Shown here: piece by piece, positions 40,386 to 51,768 of the stretch
How positions within the stretch are numbered: position 1 is the first letter of the stretch
How the letters are laid out: the number at the start of each line of letters is the position of its first letter
Made by a program: the position numbers and the translations under genes
Notes under the pieces: generated by a model
Database searches by the model: none
What the model was told of the DNA's origin: nothing
Seen by the model: only the letters and a program-made list of their open reading frames with translations
Assembly: GCA_018394315.1 (NCBI GenBank)
Contig: CP074575.1
Coordinates: 1,458,615-1,522,614 of the forward strand
From: Mycoplasmatota bacterium
GTDB lineage: Bacteria; Bacillota_I; Bacilli_A; MAG-NZ
Reading direction: 5' to 3'
Length of the DNA stretch: 64,000 nucleotides

Positions 40386-41189
40386 ATGAGTAATAAATTA
40401 GCTTTATACGGATTTAATAATTTAACTAAATCTTTATCATTTAATATTTATGATATATGTGTTACTGAAACGGAAGCTGAAAGAAAAGATTATATTGATT
40501 ATATAGATGAGGTTTATAATTCAGAAAGACTTACTGATATTTTAGTAAATGTTGTTAAAAAAATTGGCGCAAGTGTTTTAAATATTTCAAAACAAGATTA
40601 TGTACCACAAGGAGCAAGTGTGACAATTTTAATAAGTGAGGAAGAAGTGCCTCTATATGCCATTGATGACTCGTGTAATGCAGGAGTGCTAACTCCAATA
40701 AACAAAACAGTTGTTGCACACTTAGACAAATCACACATTACTGTACATACATATCCTGAAAGTCATCCTGAAAAAGGAATATCTACATTTAGAGTAGATA
40801 TTGATGTATCAACTTGCGGTGAAGTATCACCTCTTAATGCATTAGATTTTTTAATAGATAGTTTTGATTCTGATATCATTACTGTAGATTATCGAGTTAG
40901 AGGTTTCACACGACTGGAAAACGGTACAAAAGTATTTAAGGATCATAAAATCAGTTCTATACAAGATTATATTGAACAAGATACTATAAATCAATATAAC
41001 ATTATTGACGTTAATGTTTATCAAGAAAACATTTTTCATTCGAAAATGATGCTAAAGGAATTAGATTTAAATAAATATCTATTCGGAAAGAGAGAAGATG
41101 ATGTTTCACCAATACATAAAGAGGAATTGATCAAACAACTAGAAAATGAGATGAAAGAGATCTTTTACGGCAGAAACTTCGATGAATAA
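40386..41189 (+). CDS. speD: S-adenosylmethionine decarboxylase proenzyme
   Basis: [25 protein letters not shown]. Confidence 0.93.
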   Translation: MSNKLALYGFNNLTKSLSFNIYDICVTETEAERKDYIDYIDEVYNSERLTDILVNVVKKIGASVLNISKQDYVPQGASVTILISEEEVPLYAIDDSCNAGVLTPINKTVVAHLDKSHITVHTYPESHPEKGISTFRVDIDVSTCGEVSPLNALDFLIDSFDSDIITVDYRVRGFTRLENGTKVFKDHKISSIQDYIEQDTINQYNIIDVNVYQENIFHSKMMLKELDLNKYLFGKREDDVSPIHKEELIKQLENEMKEIFYGRNFDE

Positions 41190-42660
41190 ATATAAGTTAG
41201 ATCAAGCAAATAAACCATTGTTTGATGAATTAATCAAATATGGACTAAATCAATCTGTAATTCCTTTTGATGTCCCTGGCCATAAAATGGGTGAAGGTAT
41301 TAATTCCGAATTCATAAATGCTGTAGGAGAAAATATATTTAAAATTGATGTAAACTCACTAAAACAATTAGACTTATTAAGTAATCCTACAGGAGTAATT
41401 AAATCAGCAGAAGAATTAGCTGCTGATTGTTTTGGTGCTGACAGTGCATTCTTTTTAGTTAATGGTAGTACTGGTGGCATCCAAAATATGGTTTTATCTG
41501 TTTGTAAAAGTGGAGAAAAGATTATCTTACCTAGGAACGTTCATAAATCAACTATCAATGCTTTAATATTATCTGGTGCGATTCCAGTATATGTTAGGCC
41601 TTACACAGATAAAGTACATGGTATTTCAATGGGTGTACCTTTTGAAGATTGGAAAGAGGCAATCGATAATAACTTAGACGCAAAAGCTGTGTTTATATTG
41701 TCACCGACCTACTTTGGAGTAACAGCTAATTTAAAAAAGATAATAGATTATGCACATAGTAAGAATATGGCTGTTTTAGTAGATGAATCTCATGGGTCCC
41801 ACTTTGGATTTTCTAGAGATTTACCTTTGAATTCAATGAGGCAAGGTGCAGACATGTCCACCATATCAATGCATAAAACAGGTGGTTCACTAACTCAAAG
41901 CTCTATTTTACTCCATAACAATGGGTTGATTAGAAGAGATACTGTTAGATCAGTAGTAAATTTATCACAAACTTCAAGTGCTAGCTATATTTTGATGGCT
42001 TCACTTGACATTGCTAGGTACAACTTAGTTCAAAACGATAAATTGTTTTCAAAAATGATTGATTTGAGTAAGTATGCAAATGAAGAGTTGAACAAGATTG
42101 ATGGAATTAGCTGTATAAAGAAGGATATCGAAAATGGTGATTCTATCTTTGAATATGATATAACTAAACTAGTTATAAATGTAACTGAGTTAGGATTAAC
42201 AGGATTTAGTGTTTATGATATTATGAAAGAAGAATATCAAATCCAGCTAGAATTAGGAGAAACCAATGTAGTTCTAGCAATTGTAAGCATTGGAGACTCT
42301 AAGAAAAGCATTAATTTATTGTTAGATGCATTTAATCGTTTAGCTAAAAAGTATAAAAAACACCAAACAATAAAGGAAGTCAACTTTAAGATTAATATCC
42401 CAAAAATGCTTATGTCACCTAGAGAGGCATTCTTTGCTAATACAACTCTCAAAAATATTGATGATTGCCTAGGAGAGATCGCAGGCGACTCTATAATGAT
42501 ATATCCTCCTGGAATACCTTTGGTAATACCTGGAGAGGTAATCTCACAAGTAATTATTGATGATTATAAATTTTTTAACACAGAAGGAAATGTAGTTTTA
42601 GGGTCTCAAGAAAATTATGGAGAGATAAAATTAAAAGTTATTGCTAGAAAGAAGGTCTAA
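41182..42660 (+). CDS. speA: PLP-dependent Arg/Lys/Orn decarboxylase (arginine likely from context)
   Basis: FDVPGHK, SMHKT, YPPGIP. Confidence 0.8.
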   Translation: MNKYKLDQANKPLFDELIKYGLNQSVIPFDVPGHKMGEGINSEFINAVGENIFKIDVNSLKQLDLLSNPTGVIKSAEELAADCFGADSAFFLVNGSTGGIQNMVLSVCKSGEKIILPRNVHKSTINALILSGAIPVYVRPYTDKVHGISMGVPFEDWKEAIDNNLDAKAVFILSPTYFGVTANLKKIIDYAHSKNMAVLVDESHGSHFGFSRDLPLNSMRQGADMSTISMHKTGGSLTQSSILLHNNGLIRRDTVRSVVNLSQTSSASYILMASLDIARYNLVQNDKLFSKMIDLSKYANEELNKIDGISCIKKDIENGDSIFEYDITKLVINVTELGLTGFSVYDIMKEEYQIQLELGETNVVLAIVSIGDSKKSINLLLDAFNRLAKKYKKHQTIKEVNFKINIPKMLMSPREAFFANTTLKNIDDCLGEIAGDSIMIYPPGIPLVIPGEVISQVIIDDYKFFNTEGNVVLGSQENYGEIKLKVIARKKV

Positions 42661-42661
42661 T

Positions 42662-43534
42662 ATGGATAATAAATTAGAATTATGGTATACAGAAAATTGG
42701 ACAGAAGATTGTAAGTTTTCAATTAAAGTAAATAAACATTTACACTCAGAAAAAACAGAATATCAACAAATTGACTTCTTTGAATCCGATACATTTGGCA
42801 CATTCTTCACACTAGATGGTTTAATGATGGTAAATGAGAAGGATGAATTTGTTTATCATGATATGATTTCTCATATTCCACTAGCAGTTAATCCCAATAT
42901 CCAAAGGGTATTAATTATTGGTGGCGGTGATGGTGGTACGGCTCGTGAAATATCAAGATACAGTCACATTGAGAAAATTGATATGGTTGAGATTGATGAA
43001 AGGGTTGTTAGATTATCTCAGCAATATTTGCCTATTACTGCAAGTAAATTAGATAATGATATACGAACTAATCTATACTTTGAAGATGGATTAGCATTCG
43101 TTAAAAATGCTGAAAGTAATTATTATGACTTGATTTTAGTAGATTCCACGGATCCAGTCGGACCAGGAGAGGGATTATTTACATTTGATTTTTATAGTAA
43201 CTGTTATAGAGCACTAAGCGAAGACGGAATTCTAATTAATCAACATGAATCTCCTTATTTTGATATATATGCTAATGAGATGATGAGAGCACATACTAAA
43301 ATAAAAGAAACATTCCCAATTGCAAAAGTATATCAATTTCATCAACCAACTTATCCATCTGGACATTGGTTATTTGGATTTGCTTCAAAGAAACTTGATC
43401 CAATTGAAGATCATAAACCTGATATTTGGGAGAAATTTAATATAAAAACAAAATATTATAATTCGGGGTTACATAAGGCATGTTTCAGTCTTCCAACGTT
43501 CGTTAAGGAAAAATTAGAAGATGAAGGTGAATAA
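42662..43534 (+). CDS. speE: Spermidine synthase
   Basis: GGGDGG, DSTDP, YPSGHW. Confidence 0.95.
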   Translation: MDNKLELWYTENWTEDCKFSIKVNKHLHSEKTEYQQIDFFESDTFGTFFTLDGLMMVNEKDEFVYHDMISHIPLAVNPNIQRVLIIGGGDGGTAREISRYSHIEKIDMVEIDERVVRLSQQYLPITASKLDNDIRTNLYFEDGLAFVKNAESNYYDLILVDSTDPVGPGEGLFTFDFYSNCYRALSEDGILINQHESPYFDIYANEMMRAHTKIKETFPIAKVYQFHQPTYPSGHWLFGFASKKLDPIEDHKPDIWEKFNIKTKYYNSGLHKACFSLPTFVKEKLEDEGE

Positions 43535-44363
43535 ACTAACATTCATTAGCTGTGATGCTAATTATAGCGATTCAAACATTGTCATATTTGGAGCACCATA
43601 TGATGGTACTACATCATTTAGACCAGGAACAAGATTTGCACCAAATATGATAAGAATTGACTCTGAGGGGTTAGAAACTTATTCTCCTTATTTAGATATC
43701 GACATTGATGATAAGAAGATTATAGATATTGGCGATATTGAATTTCCTTTTGGAAATTTGAAAAAAACTCTAGATACTATATATAAAACGAGTAGTAGAA
43801 TATTAAACGACAATAAGAAACCATTAATGATTGGCGGAGAGCACCTAGTTACTCTACCCCAAGTATCTGCTGTTGTTGAGAAATATTCTGATTTACACAT
43901 TATACATCTTGATGCACATGCAGATTTAAGAAATGATTACATCGGAGAATCACTTTCTCATGCTACTGTAATGAGAAGAATATTTGATTTAGTAGGAAAG
44001 AACAAAATATATCAATATGGAATTAGATCTGGAACGAAAGAGGAATTCGCATTTGCTAGTAATAACACTATAATGAATAAGTTTATTATTACTAACTTAA
44101 AAGATGATTTAAAGAAACTAAAGGATAAATCTTTATACTTAACTATTGATTTAGATTTATTAGATCCAAGTATATTTCCAGGTACAGGAACACCTGAACC
44201 AGGAGGAATTACTTTTAATGAATTATTAGAAGCTTTACAAGCATTAAAGGGAATGAACATCGTTGGTTGTGATGTAGTAGAATTATCACCACATTATGAT
44301 AATTCTGGTGTTTCAACTGCAGTAGCTAGTAAAGTAATAAGGGAAATACTCTGTTTGTTATAG
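43521..44363 (+). CDS. speB: Agmatinase
   Basis: GGEH, DAHAD, DLDLLDP..PGTGTP. Confidence 0.93.
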   Translation: MKVNKLTFISCDANYSDSNIVIFGAPYDGTTSFRPGTRFAPNMIRIDSEGLETYSPYLDIDIDDKKIIDIGDIEFPFGNLKKTLDTIYKTSSRILNDNKKPLMIGGEHLVTLPQVSAVVEKYSDLHIIHLDAHADLRNDYIGESLSHATVMRRIFDLVGKNKIYQYGIRSGTKEEFAFASNNTIMNKFIITNLKDDLKKLKDKSLYLTIDLDLLDPSIFPGTGTPEPGGITFNELLEALQALKGMNIVGCDVVELSPHYDNSGVSTAVASKVIREILCLL

Positions 44364-44595
44364 AAAGCATGGAAGTGTAGGATGTTTAAAGGCATAAGCC
44401 CTTGTCTTGAAAACATTCTTTCTTTTATAGATATCTTGTTTTGTCTTATACTCAAGAATTCAGTGAATAGTTCTTGAGTTTTAAATTATGTAGCGAATTG
44501 TTTTGGTAAAATATTACTTCATATACTTTAATTAAGGTCGGTTTTGTATTATAATGTAGTAGAAATATTTATAAGATTAGTGGGGAAATGAGAGT

Positions 44596-45408
44596 ATGAA
44601 GTTTAGATATGGGAAAGTTGCTTTAGTAGTGGGTGCATCTTCAGGTGTTGGCAAAGAGTGTGCAAACTACTTACTAGAAAGTGGATATAAGGTATATGGG
44701 ACAAGTAGAAAAGCTACTTTTGATAATTCATCAAATATGCTTTCAATGATTCCACTAGATGTAACGGATGAAAGTACAATTAAAGAAGCGGTAGACTACA
44801 TTCTAGAAAAAGAGGGAGGTATAGGAGTTCTTATAAATTGCCCTGGGTACGGCTTAGCAGGAGCTATAGAAGATACATCTATAGAAGAAGCCAAGAGAGT
44901 ATTTGATACTAATTTTTTTGGAATAATGAACGTATGTAATTTTGTTTTACCACACATGCGTAGACAAAGAAAAGGATTGATCATTAATATTAGCTCAGTA
45001 GCTGGATTTATATCTCTACCTTTTCAGTCAATGTACAGTGCAAGTAAATATGCTCTTGAATCATTAACGGAATCTTATCGCATGGAAGTATCAAACTCTG
45101 GAGTTAAGTTTTCATTAATAGAACCAGGAGATATGAAAACTAATTTTTTAAGAGAGTATGTAATTAAATCTGAAAATTCCGATTACAAGGAAAGATGTGA
45201 TCATGCTGTTAATAAGATGATTAAAGATGAACAAAATGGTCCTGAACCAAGAGTTGTTATTAAAGAATTAAAGCATATTCTAAAAAAGAAAAATCCACCG
45301 ATAAGAAGAATAGTTGGTCTGGATTATAAAATGATAGGGATACTGAAAAAATTATTACCTGCAAAGTTTGTTGAATTTGTAATTATTAAAATGTATGGGG
45401 GGAATTAA
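44596..45408 (+). CDS. Short-chain dehydrogenase/reductase
   Basis: GASSGVG, YSASK. Confidence 0.9.
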   Translation: MKFRYGKVALVVGASSGVGKECANYLLESGYKVYGTSRKATFDNSSNMLSMIPLDVTDESTIKEAVDYILEKEGGIGVLINCPGYGLAGAIEDTSIEEAKRVFDTNFFGIMNVCNFVLPHMRRQRKGLIINISSVAGFISLPFQSMYSASKYALESLTESYRMEVSNSGVKFSLIEPGDMKTNFLREYVIKSENSDYKERCDHAVNKMIKDEQNGPEPRVVIKELKHILKKKNPPIRRIVGLDYKMIGILKKLLPAKFVEFVIIKMYGGN

Positions 45409-46586
45409 TGATGGATATATTTAAGAAGGCTTATGAGTATAATGCACCTGAACAGGTAAAAAAGCTTGGATTATACCCATTTTTTAAAGAGTTTGATTCA
45501 GGAGAGGGTTGTGAATTAACGTTAGACGGTAAGAAAATCTTTATGATGGGTTCTAATAACTACTTAGGGTTAGCTCAAGATCAGAGAGTTAAAGAGGCCT
45601 CAATAAACGCAATTAAGCAATATGGTACTGGTTGTTCTGGTTCTAGATTTATGAACGGGACCTTAAAACTACATATTAAATTGGAAGAAAAATTAGCTAA
45701 GTTCTTGAATAAGGATGCTTGTATAGCTTTTAGTACAGGATTTCAAGCGAATTTAGGGATAATTCCTTCTGTTGCTTCTAAAGGAGATTACATCATTGGA
45801 GATAGAGCTAATCATGCATCAATTGTTGAAGGGTGTAGATTAAGTTTCGCAAAATTAGCTAAATATAAGCACAGTGACATGGAGGATTTAGAAAGAATTC
45901 TCAAATCTATTCCAGAAGATAAGGGTAAACTAATCATTACTGATGGAGTTTTTAGTATGGAAGGTGAAATCTGTAAATTACCTGAAATTGTAGAGTTAGC
46001 TAAAAAATATAATGCTCGAGTAATGGTTGATGACGCACATGGTGTTGGTGTTATTGGACCTAATGGTAGAGGAACTGCTGCCTATTTTGATTTAGAGGAC
46101 GAAGTTGACTTAATTGTAGGTACTTTTAGTAAGTCGTTTGCAAGTTTAGGAGGATTTGTTGTTGGATCAAAAGAAGTAATGAATCATGCAATGCATGTTG
46201 CAAGATCATTTATTTTCAGTGCATCAATTCCGCCATCAAATGCAGCAGCAGCACTAGAAGCTATTAAAATTTTAGAAGAAGAACCTGAAAGAATAACAAG
46301 AGTGAATGAGAATGCTAAATTCTTTAAAGAAGGTCTTGAAGCAATTGGCTTAGAATGTGGGGAAACTGAAACTCCGATAATACCAATAATGATCTATGAT
46401 GACATGAAGACATTTTTTGTAACAAAAAGTTTATTAGACAATGGTGTATACGTTAACCCAGTTATACCACCAGCAGTGCCAGAAGGTCAATCATTACTAA
46501 GAACAAGTGTTACTGCAACTCAAACTAAAGAACAATTGGCAAAAATTTTAGATATAATAAAAATGGTATTTACTGAAACTGAATAG
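45408..46586 (+). CDS. Alpha-oxoamine synthase, serine palmitoyltransferase-like
   Basis: GLYPFF, GSNNYLGL, GSRFMNGT, DDAH, GTFSKS, FSAS. Confidence 0.75.
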   Translation: MMDIFKKAYEYNAPEQVKKLGLYPFFKEFDSGEGCELTLDGKKIFMMGSNNYLGLAQDQRVKEASINAIKQYGTGCSGSRFMNGTLKLHIKLEEKLAKFLNKDACIAFSTGFQANLGIIPSVASKGDYIIGDRANHASIVEGCRLSFAKLAKYKHSDMEDLERILKSIPEDKGKLIITDGVFSMEGEICKLPEIVELAKKYNARVMVDDAHGVGVIGPNGRGTAAYFDLEDEVDLIVGTFSKSFASLGGFVVGSKEVMNHAMHVARSFIFSASIPPSNAAAALEAIKILEEEPERITRVNENAKFFKEGLEAIGLECGETETPIIPIMIYDDMKTFFVTKSLLDNGVYVNPVIPPAVPEGQSLLRTSVTATQTKEQLAKILDIIKMVFTETE

Positions 46587-46780
46587 ATTATTTAAAGTAA
46601 ATATTATAAAACGGATTTCTTTCTGTAACTAGAAAGTTGAATCCTTTTTTTATTTTATACTTTATTTCCAATTTTTAGCAATGAGTATAGTTAAAGCACA
46701 AACTATTGAAAAAATTATTTATTTTAATATAATTAATAATTAGAGTTAACTAGTTACTAAATTAAATCTTAGGGGGAAAT

Positions 46781-47500
46781 ATGAGTAAAAAAATTACATT
46801 CACTAAAATTCGTAGAAGAAATCAATTTATAACTTTTTTAGTATTCTTTGTACTTGTTATCATACTTTTTGTTAGTATGTTAGTAAATCCATGGTATAAA
46901 ATACCGGTTAATTGGTACTTTATTCCTGTTTTAGGATTGGTTGGATCAATATTAATTCCTAGATATATGGGAAGACATTACTGTGGTCAATATTGTCCAA
47001 GTGGGTTTATATCTGACAGTATGAATCATAAAAATAGAGCGGGAAAAATCATAAAGAGTGGTATTTTTAAACCCATCTTCTTCGCGCTTTTTATTGCTTT
47101 ATTTGTTGTAGCATTTTTACCTTGGGACATGGGATTACCAGTATCTATGACAGAAACGTACTGGGATGGTGTAATTAATAAATTGTGGATACTATGGGTT
47201 ATATGTCCATTTATAATAGCATTACCATTAATCGTTATATTTGGATTAACTAAAGGTGGTAGAACTTGGTGTAATTATATGTGCCCATGGGCTACTATCG
47301 GTGTAGCATTAGGGAAACAACAATTAGAGGTGAACGACAATTGTAACGATTGTGGAAGCTGTTTGAAGGTATGTTCACAGCCCGAGGTTATTGAACCAGT
47401 ACTTGGAACTGGTGGAAAAATTGGAGCGAACTGCCTAATTTGTTTAAAATGTGTTGATGCTTGTCCAAATAATGCTATACAATATATTGAAAAGAAATAA
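46781..47500 (+). CDS. Membrane 4Fe-4S protein (NapH/MauN-like)
   Basis: Two CxxxCP motifs and two CxxCxxCxxxC motifs. Confidence 0.85.
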   Translation: MSKKITFTKIRRRNQFITFLVFFVLVIILFVSMLVNPWYKIPVNWYFIPVLGLVGSILIPRYMGRHYCGQYCPSGFISDSMNHKNRAGKIIKSGIFKPIFFALFIALFVVAFLPWDMGLPVSMTETYWDGVINKLWILWVICPFIIALPLIVIFGLTKGGRTWCNYMCPWATIGVALGKQQLEVNDNCNDCGSCLKVCSQPEVIEPVLGTGGKIGANCLICLKCVDACPNNAIQYIEKK

Positions 47501-47520
47501 ATAGATATAATAAAAGGGTT

Positions 47521-48132
47521 CTAAACCCTTTTATTTTTTTCTCTTCTGATCTTTTGTAAATTAAGTCTTTTAATATGATAGAAATTTAAAACGATATCTG
47601 CCATTTCTTCTGGAGATTTTTTCATATTATCTTCAATCCACTTCTTAAGGATGTACCAAAGTCCCCCTGCTGAAAAATGATAGACGTAGTCCGTTGTCTC
47701 TCCACCTTCATAAAAAATCAAGTTTTCGAATCTATAATCTTTTCCCATAGAATATAGATATTTAAGATGAGACTCCAAAATCATAGAAAAGACATTATTT
47801 TGTACTAAGTTCCTAACAAATTCTTCCTTTTCTATCCAAAAGTAAAAATAAGTAACAAGTAATTCATATAAAGTGATAGCTTCTTTTTTAAAGATTAAAT
47901 TAATGAATTCTTTATAGAAGTCATCAATATAGTGTTTTAATATATCTTCCTTAGTGTGGAAATTTCTGTATACTGTTTGTCTGACTAAACCAGATCTTTC
48001 TGAAATTTCCTTGATAGTTATATCTGCGTATGGCTTTTCCTTCATCAATTCACCAAGAGCATTAACAATCCACTTCTTTGATCTAATTGTTATAGGATTA
48101 ACTTTTTTACTCATCTGACTCATATGTAACAA
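47521..48132 (-). CDS. TetR/AcrR regulator
   Basis: ITIKEISERSGLVRQTVYRNF. Confidence 0.9.
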   Translation of the reverse strand: MLHMSQMSKKVNPITIRSKKWIVNALGELMKEKPYADITIKEISERSGLVRQTVYRNFHTKEDILKHYIDDFYKEFINLIFKKEAITLYELLVTYFYFWIEKEEFVRNLVQNNVFSMILESHLKYLYSMGKDYRFENLIFYEGGETTDYVYHFSAGGLWYILKKWIEDNMKKSPEEMADIVLNFYHIKRLNLQKIRREKNKRV

Positions 48133-48272
48133 TTCTCCTTATTTGTTGAAGTTATAAAAAAATATTGAACGAATACCTATAAATTATTATAATATACTTG
48201 TGAATATGTTACAAGTGTCCAACTTATTACACTAATAACATTAATGATTAATTTTATTTTGGGGAGAATTGT

Positions 48273-49112
48273 ATGAGAAAAATCGCGGTAATTACTGATA
48301 GCACAGCTGTCATTGAAAAATCAATTTTAGAGAATAATGAAAATCTTTACTCAATACCGTTACATATAATATTTGGTGATAAATCGTATAGAGATGGAAT
48401 AGATATTTCTGTTGGTGATTTTTTTAATAGGGTTTCTAATAGTTCCTCTCTACCTACAACGTCTCAGCCTTCAGTAGGAGAGGTTATAGATTTATTTGAG
48501 GAGCTCATGAAAAAGTATGATCACTTAATATATATTACAATTAGTTCTAAAATTAGCGGTACTTATCAAAATGGACTGCTTGGTAAAAATGAAGTGTCAG
48601 ATCGAATTACAGTCTTTGATTCGCTGATTACATCAGTTGTTCAAAAACAAATGGTAATTGAGACACTTGATATGATAAATGAAAATAATGGAATTGAAGA
48701 TATCTTAGGTAACCTAAAGAGAATTCGAACTAACTCTAATGTCCTTTTAGTTGTTAATGATTTGAAACACTTAAATCGTACAGGTAGAATAAGCTTTGCT
48801 GCAGCCTCGATTGGGAATATGTTAAAACTTAAGCCTGTATTAGAGTTTGATAATGGTAAAATAGTAGTTAGGAAAAAGATTAGAACAGTAACGAAGGCTT
48901 ATAAACATGTAGTTGAGATAATAAAGGATAAGGACCTGTCATCTACATCAAAGATTATGATTGCTCATGCAGATGGATACGAGTCGGCGCTGAGCTTGCA
49001 AAAAGAATTGAATTTGCTCTACCCTAATCATGAGATAACTATTTCTGAACTATCACCAGTTATTAGTTTACATACTGGTCCTAATACAGTAGGATTAGCT
49101 TGGATAAAATAA
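48273..49112 (+). CDS. DegV/FakB protein
   Basis: TDST, TSQPS, HTGP. Confidence 0.9.
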   Translation: MRKIAVITDSTAVIEKSILENNENLYSIPLHIIFGDKSYRDGIDISVGDFFNRVSNSSSLPTTSQPSVGEVIDLFEELMKKYDHLIYITISSKISGTYQNGLLGKNEVSDRITVFDSLITSVVQKQMVIETLDMINENNGIEDILGNLKRIRTNSNVLLVVNDLKHLNRTGRISFAAASIGNMLKLKPVLEFDNGKIVVRKKIRTVTKAYKHVVEIIKDKDLSSTSKIMIAHADGYESALSLQKELNLLYPNHEITISELSPVISLHTGPNTVGLAWIK

Positions 49113-49207
49113 ATATAATTTTTTGGGCTCTTGGCCCATTTTTTTTGTATATCTATTTACTATTTTCTAAAAATTAGATAAGATATCAAATGTGGGATGT
49201 GAATATT

Positions 49208-50419
49208 ATGTTTGAAACAATGGAAGAATGCCTAGAATGGTTATATGAACCTAGAGAGTTTGAAATTAAGTTTGATTTAAGTAGAATGAAGAAAGCTATG
49301 GAGTTATTTAATAATCCAACTAACTTTAAAGCTATACATATTGCTGGAACAAATGGAAAAGGTTCCACAGTTTCATTTATTAAGAATGCTTTGATGAGTG
49401 CTGGCTATAATGTTGGAACATTTATATCGCCATATGTAGTAGTTTTTAATGAAAGAATAACTTATAATAATCAATATATATCTGATAAAGACTTCATAAA
49501 ATACATAAACACTATTAAGTTAGGTCTTTTAACTACAGACTTAAAAATCTCATTCTTTGAAATTCTTACAATAATTGCATTTCTATATTTCCAAGATATG
49601 GAAGTTGATTATGCGATAATTGAAACTGGGATGGGTGGTAGATTAGATTCAACCAATGTGATAGATAAAGAAGTAGCAGTTATTACTAATGTAGGCTTTG
49701 ACCATATGGAAACGTTAGGAGATACAATTGAAAAAATAGCAAAAGAAAAATTAGGGATTGTTAGAACAAACCTAGTGACTTCAGTTTCAAAAGAGCTTAG
49801 ACCTTTTGTAACTGATTATTGTAAAGTGAGAAATGTTGATTTAGTATTTACAGATGAAGTTTACTCGGTTAGTGTATCTGACTCATCTACAAGTTTTATA
49901 TATAAGAATTTTGATGTTAAATTATCGATGCTAGGTGAACATCAAGCTAGTAATGCTTCACTTGCAATAGAAACGTTGTTATATTTAAGAGATAAGTCAA
50001 AATTAATTATTACTGATGAGCAAATTTTAAAAGGTTTAAGACAGACATTTTGGCCTGGTAGATTAGAAAAGATACGTGATAATGTGTATGTGGATGGTGC
50101 TCATAACATTGATGGTATTAATACTTTAGCAAAATTTTTGGATAATATTGATAAACCCAAAACAATTATTTATTCATGCTTCAAAGATAAAGATTATAAA
50201 TCCATGATTAAAGAATTGGAAAAACATGCTGATGAAATTTATTTTACTGAGTTTGATTATCATAGAGCTGAAAGTGCGGAAAATTTATACAACGTTTCCC
50301 TTCATGAAAATAAATATTTGGTTCCAGATTATAATGACACATTTAATTACATAAAGAAAGGTAATATGACAGTGTTTTGTGGGTCTTTATATTTTATTTC
50401 TTTAGTAAGACAAAAATAG
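49208..50419 (+). CDS. folC: Folylpolyglutamate synthase
   Basis: HIAGTNGKGS, ETGMGGRLDSTN, DGAHN. Confidence 0.95.
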   Translation: MFETMEECLEWLYEPREFEIKFDLSRMKKAMELFNNPTNFKAIHIAGTNGKGSTVSFIKNALMSAGYNVGTFISPYVVVFNERITYNNQYISDKDFIKYINTIKLGLLTTDLKISFFEILTIIAFLYFQDMEVDYAIIETGMGGRLDSTNVIDKEVAVITNVGFDHMETLGDTIEKIAKEKLGIVRTNLVTSVSKELRPFVTDYCKVRNVDLVFTDEVYSVSVSDSSTSFIYKNFDVKLSMLGEHQASNASLAIETLLYLRDKSKLIITDEQILKGLRQTFWPGRLEKIRDNVYVDGAHNIDGINTLAKFLDNIDKPKTIIYSCFKDKDYKSMIKELEKHADEIYFTEFDYHRAESAENLYNVSLHENKYLVPDYNDTFNYIKKGNMTVFCGSLYFISLVRQK

Positions 50420-50479
50420 TCCTCAAGACTATTTTTTTTTACAAATTCATTTATCTTTTATCAATAATATTATCTTGAG

Positions 50480-51064
50480 GTGATTAGATTGCGCAAAGAA
50501 ATGGACTTTATAGGTATAATAGTGGGAGTTGTTATTGGTATAGTCTTTGGCTTTTTCATCCATGATAAAGTAAATATAGTTAATTCTAAAGAAGTGTCTA
50601 GTGAAGAGAAGGTTTATTTACTTCAAATTGGTCAGTATGATAATTCTGAAGACGTTTTGAGTACGCAAAGATTACTACAAGAAAATGGTATTCCTAATAT
50701 TGTAGTATTTGAAAATGATGTATTTATTATATACTCCGGGATATCGTTAGATGAAAATTTTGAATCAATCACTGTACTCCTTGATTATTCTGAAATAAGT
50801 TATGTAGTAAAATCTAAGTTCTTATATAATTATATTAGTGACTATGAAGAAAGTGAATTAACGTTTTGGGAAGATGGACTCGGATATTATATGAAATCTT
50901 TAAATAATGAAAAATTTGAAACAAGTGAAGAATTTAAAGAACAAAAGAGAATGAATATCGAATTTTACTCTAATATAGTATATCTAATGAGTGTACAAGA
51001 AGAGGATTTATTAAATAGAATTAGGTTACAAACATTTAAATTATTAGTAGAAAATAGGGTGTAA
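50480..51064 (+). CDS. Membrane protein with SPOR-like domain (spoIIB position)
   Basis: TM helix plus VYLLQIGQY. Confidence 0.55.
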   Translation: MIRLRKEMDFIGIIVGVVIGIVFGFFIHDKVNIVNSKEVSSEEKVYLLQIGQYDNSEDVLSTQRLLQENGIPNIVVFENDVFIIYSGISLDENFESITVLLDYSEISYVVKSKFLYNYISDYEESELTFWEDGLGYYMKSLNNEKFETSEEFKEQKRMNIEFYSNIVYLMSVQEEDLLNRIRLQTFKLLVENRV

Positions 51065-51065
51065 G

Positions 51066-51737
51066 ATGTTAATAAAGGAAATCACACGAAATGAAAGGCC
51101 AAGAGAAAGAGCAAATAGATATGGAATAAAATCGCTATCTAATAATGAATTACTAGCTGTTTTGTTAAGAACAGGGACAAAAGATATATCAGCGATCGAA
51201 GTAGGTAACAATATCATCAATTCGATAGAAGATATCAAAAATTTAAAAGGTGTAACTCTTGAGGAACTAACTAAGATTAAAGGTATAGGAATAGCTAAAG
51301 CTGTGACGATACTTGCATCAATAGAATTAGGGAAAAGGGTTAATAGAGATGAAACTAGTATAAAAGTGATTACTCCAAGAAGTGTTTATAATTATTTAAA
51401 GCATGATTTTGTAGGACTTAAACAAGAACATTTTATGTGTTTATATTTAGATACAAAAAACAACTTAATATCTAAGAAAGTAATATTTATAGGTTCTTTA
51501 AATATGTCTTTAGTTCATCCTAGAGAGATTTTTAAATGGGCTGTTAAATATTCATCGGCATCAATAATTTTAGTTCATAACCATCCTAGTGGTGATTCTA
51601 CACCAAGTCCACAGGATATTGAAGTGACAAAGAAAATTATCAACTCAGGTAAGATAATAGGGATAAGTGTCATTGATCATATTATTATTGGTAATGATAG
51701 TTATCTTAGCCTAAATGAACTAGGTTATTTTAAATAG
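51066..51737 (+). CDS. radC: RadC (JAB domain) protein
   Basis: RPRER, HNHPSGDSTPSPQD, DHII. Confidence 0.95.
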   Translation: MLIKEITRNERPRERANRYGIKSLSNNELLAVLLRTGTKDISAIEVGNNIINSIEDIKNLKGVTLEELTKIKGIGIAKAVTILASIELGKRVNRDETSIKVITPRSVYNYLKHDFVGLKQEHFMCLYLDTKNNLISKKVIFIGSLNMSLVHPREIFKWAVKYSSASIILVHNHPSGDSTPSPQDIEVTKKIINSGKIIGISVIDHIIIGNDSYLSLNELGYFK

Positions 51738-51768
51738 TCCAAGCTCATATAATTTACTGGGTGGTTAG

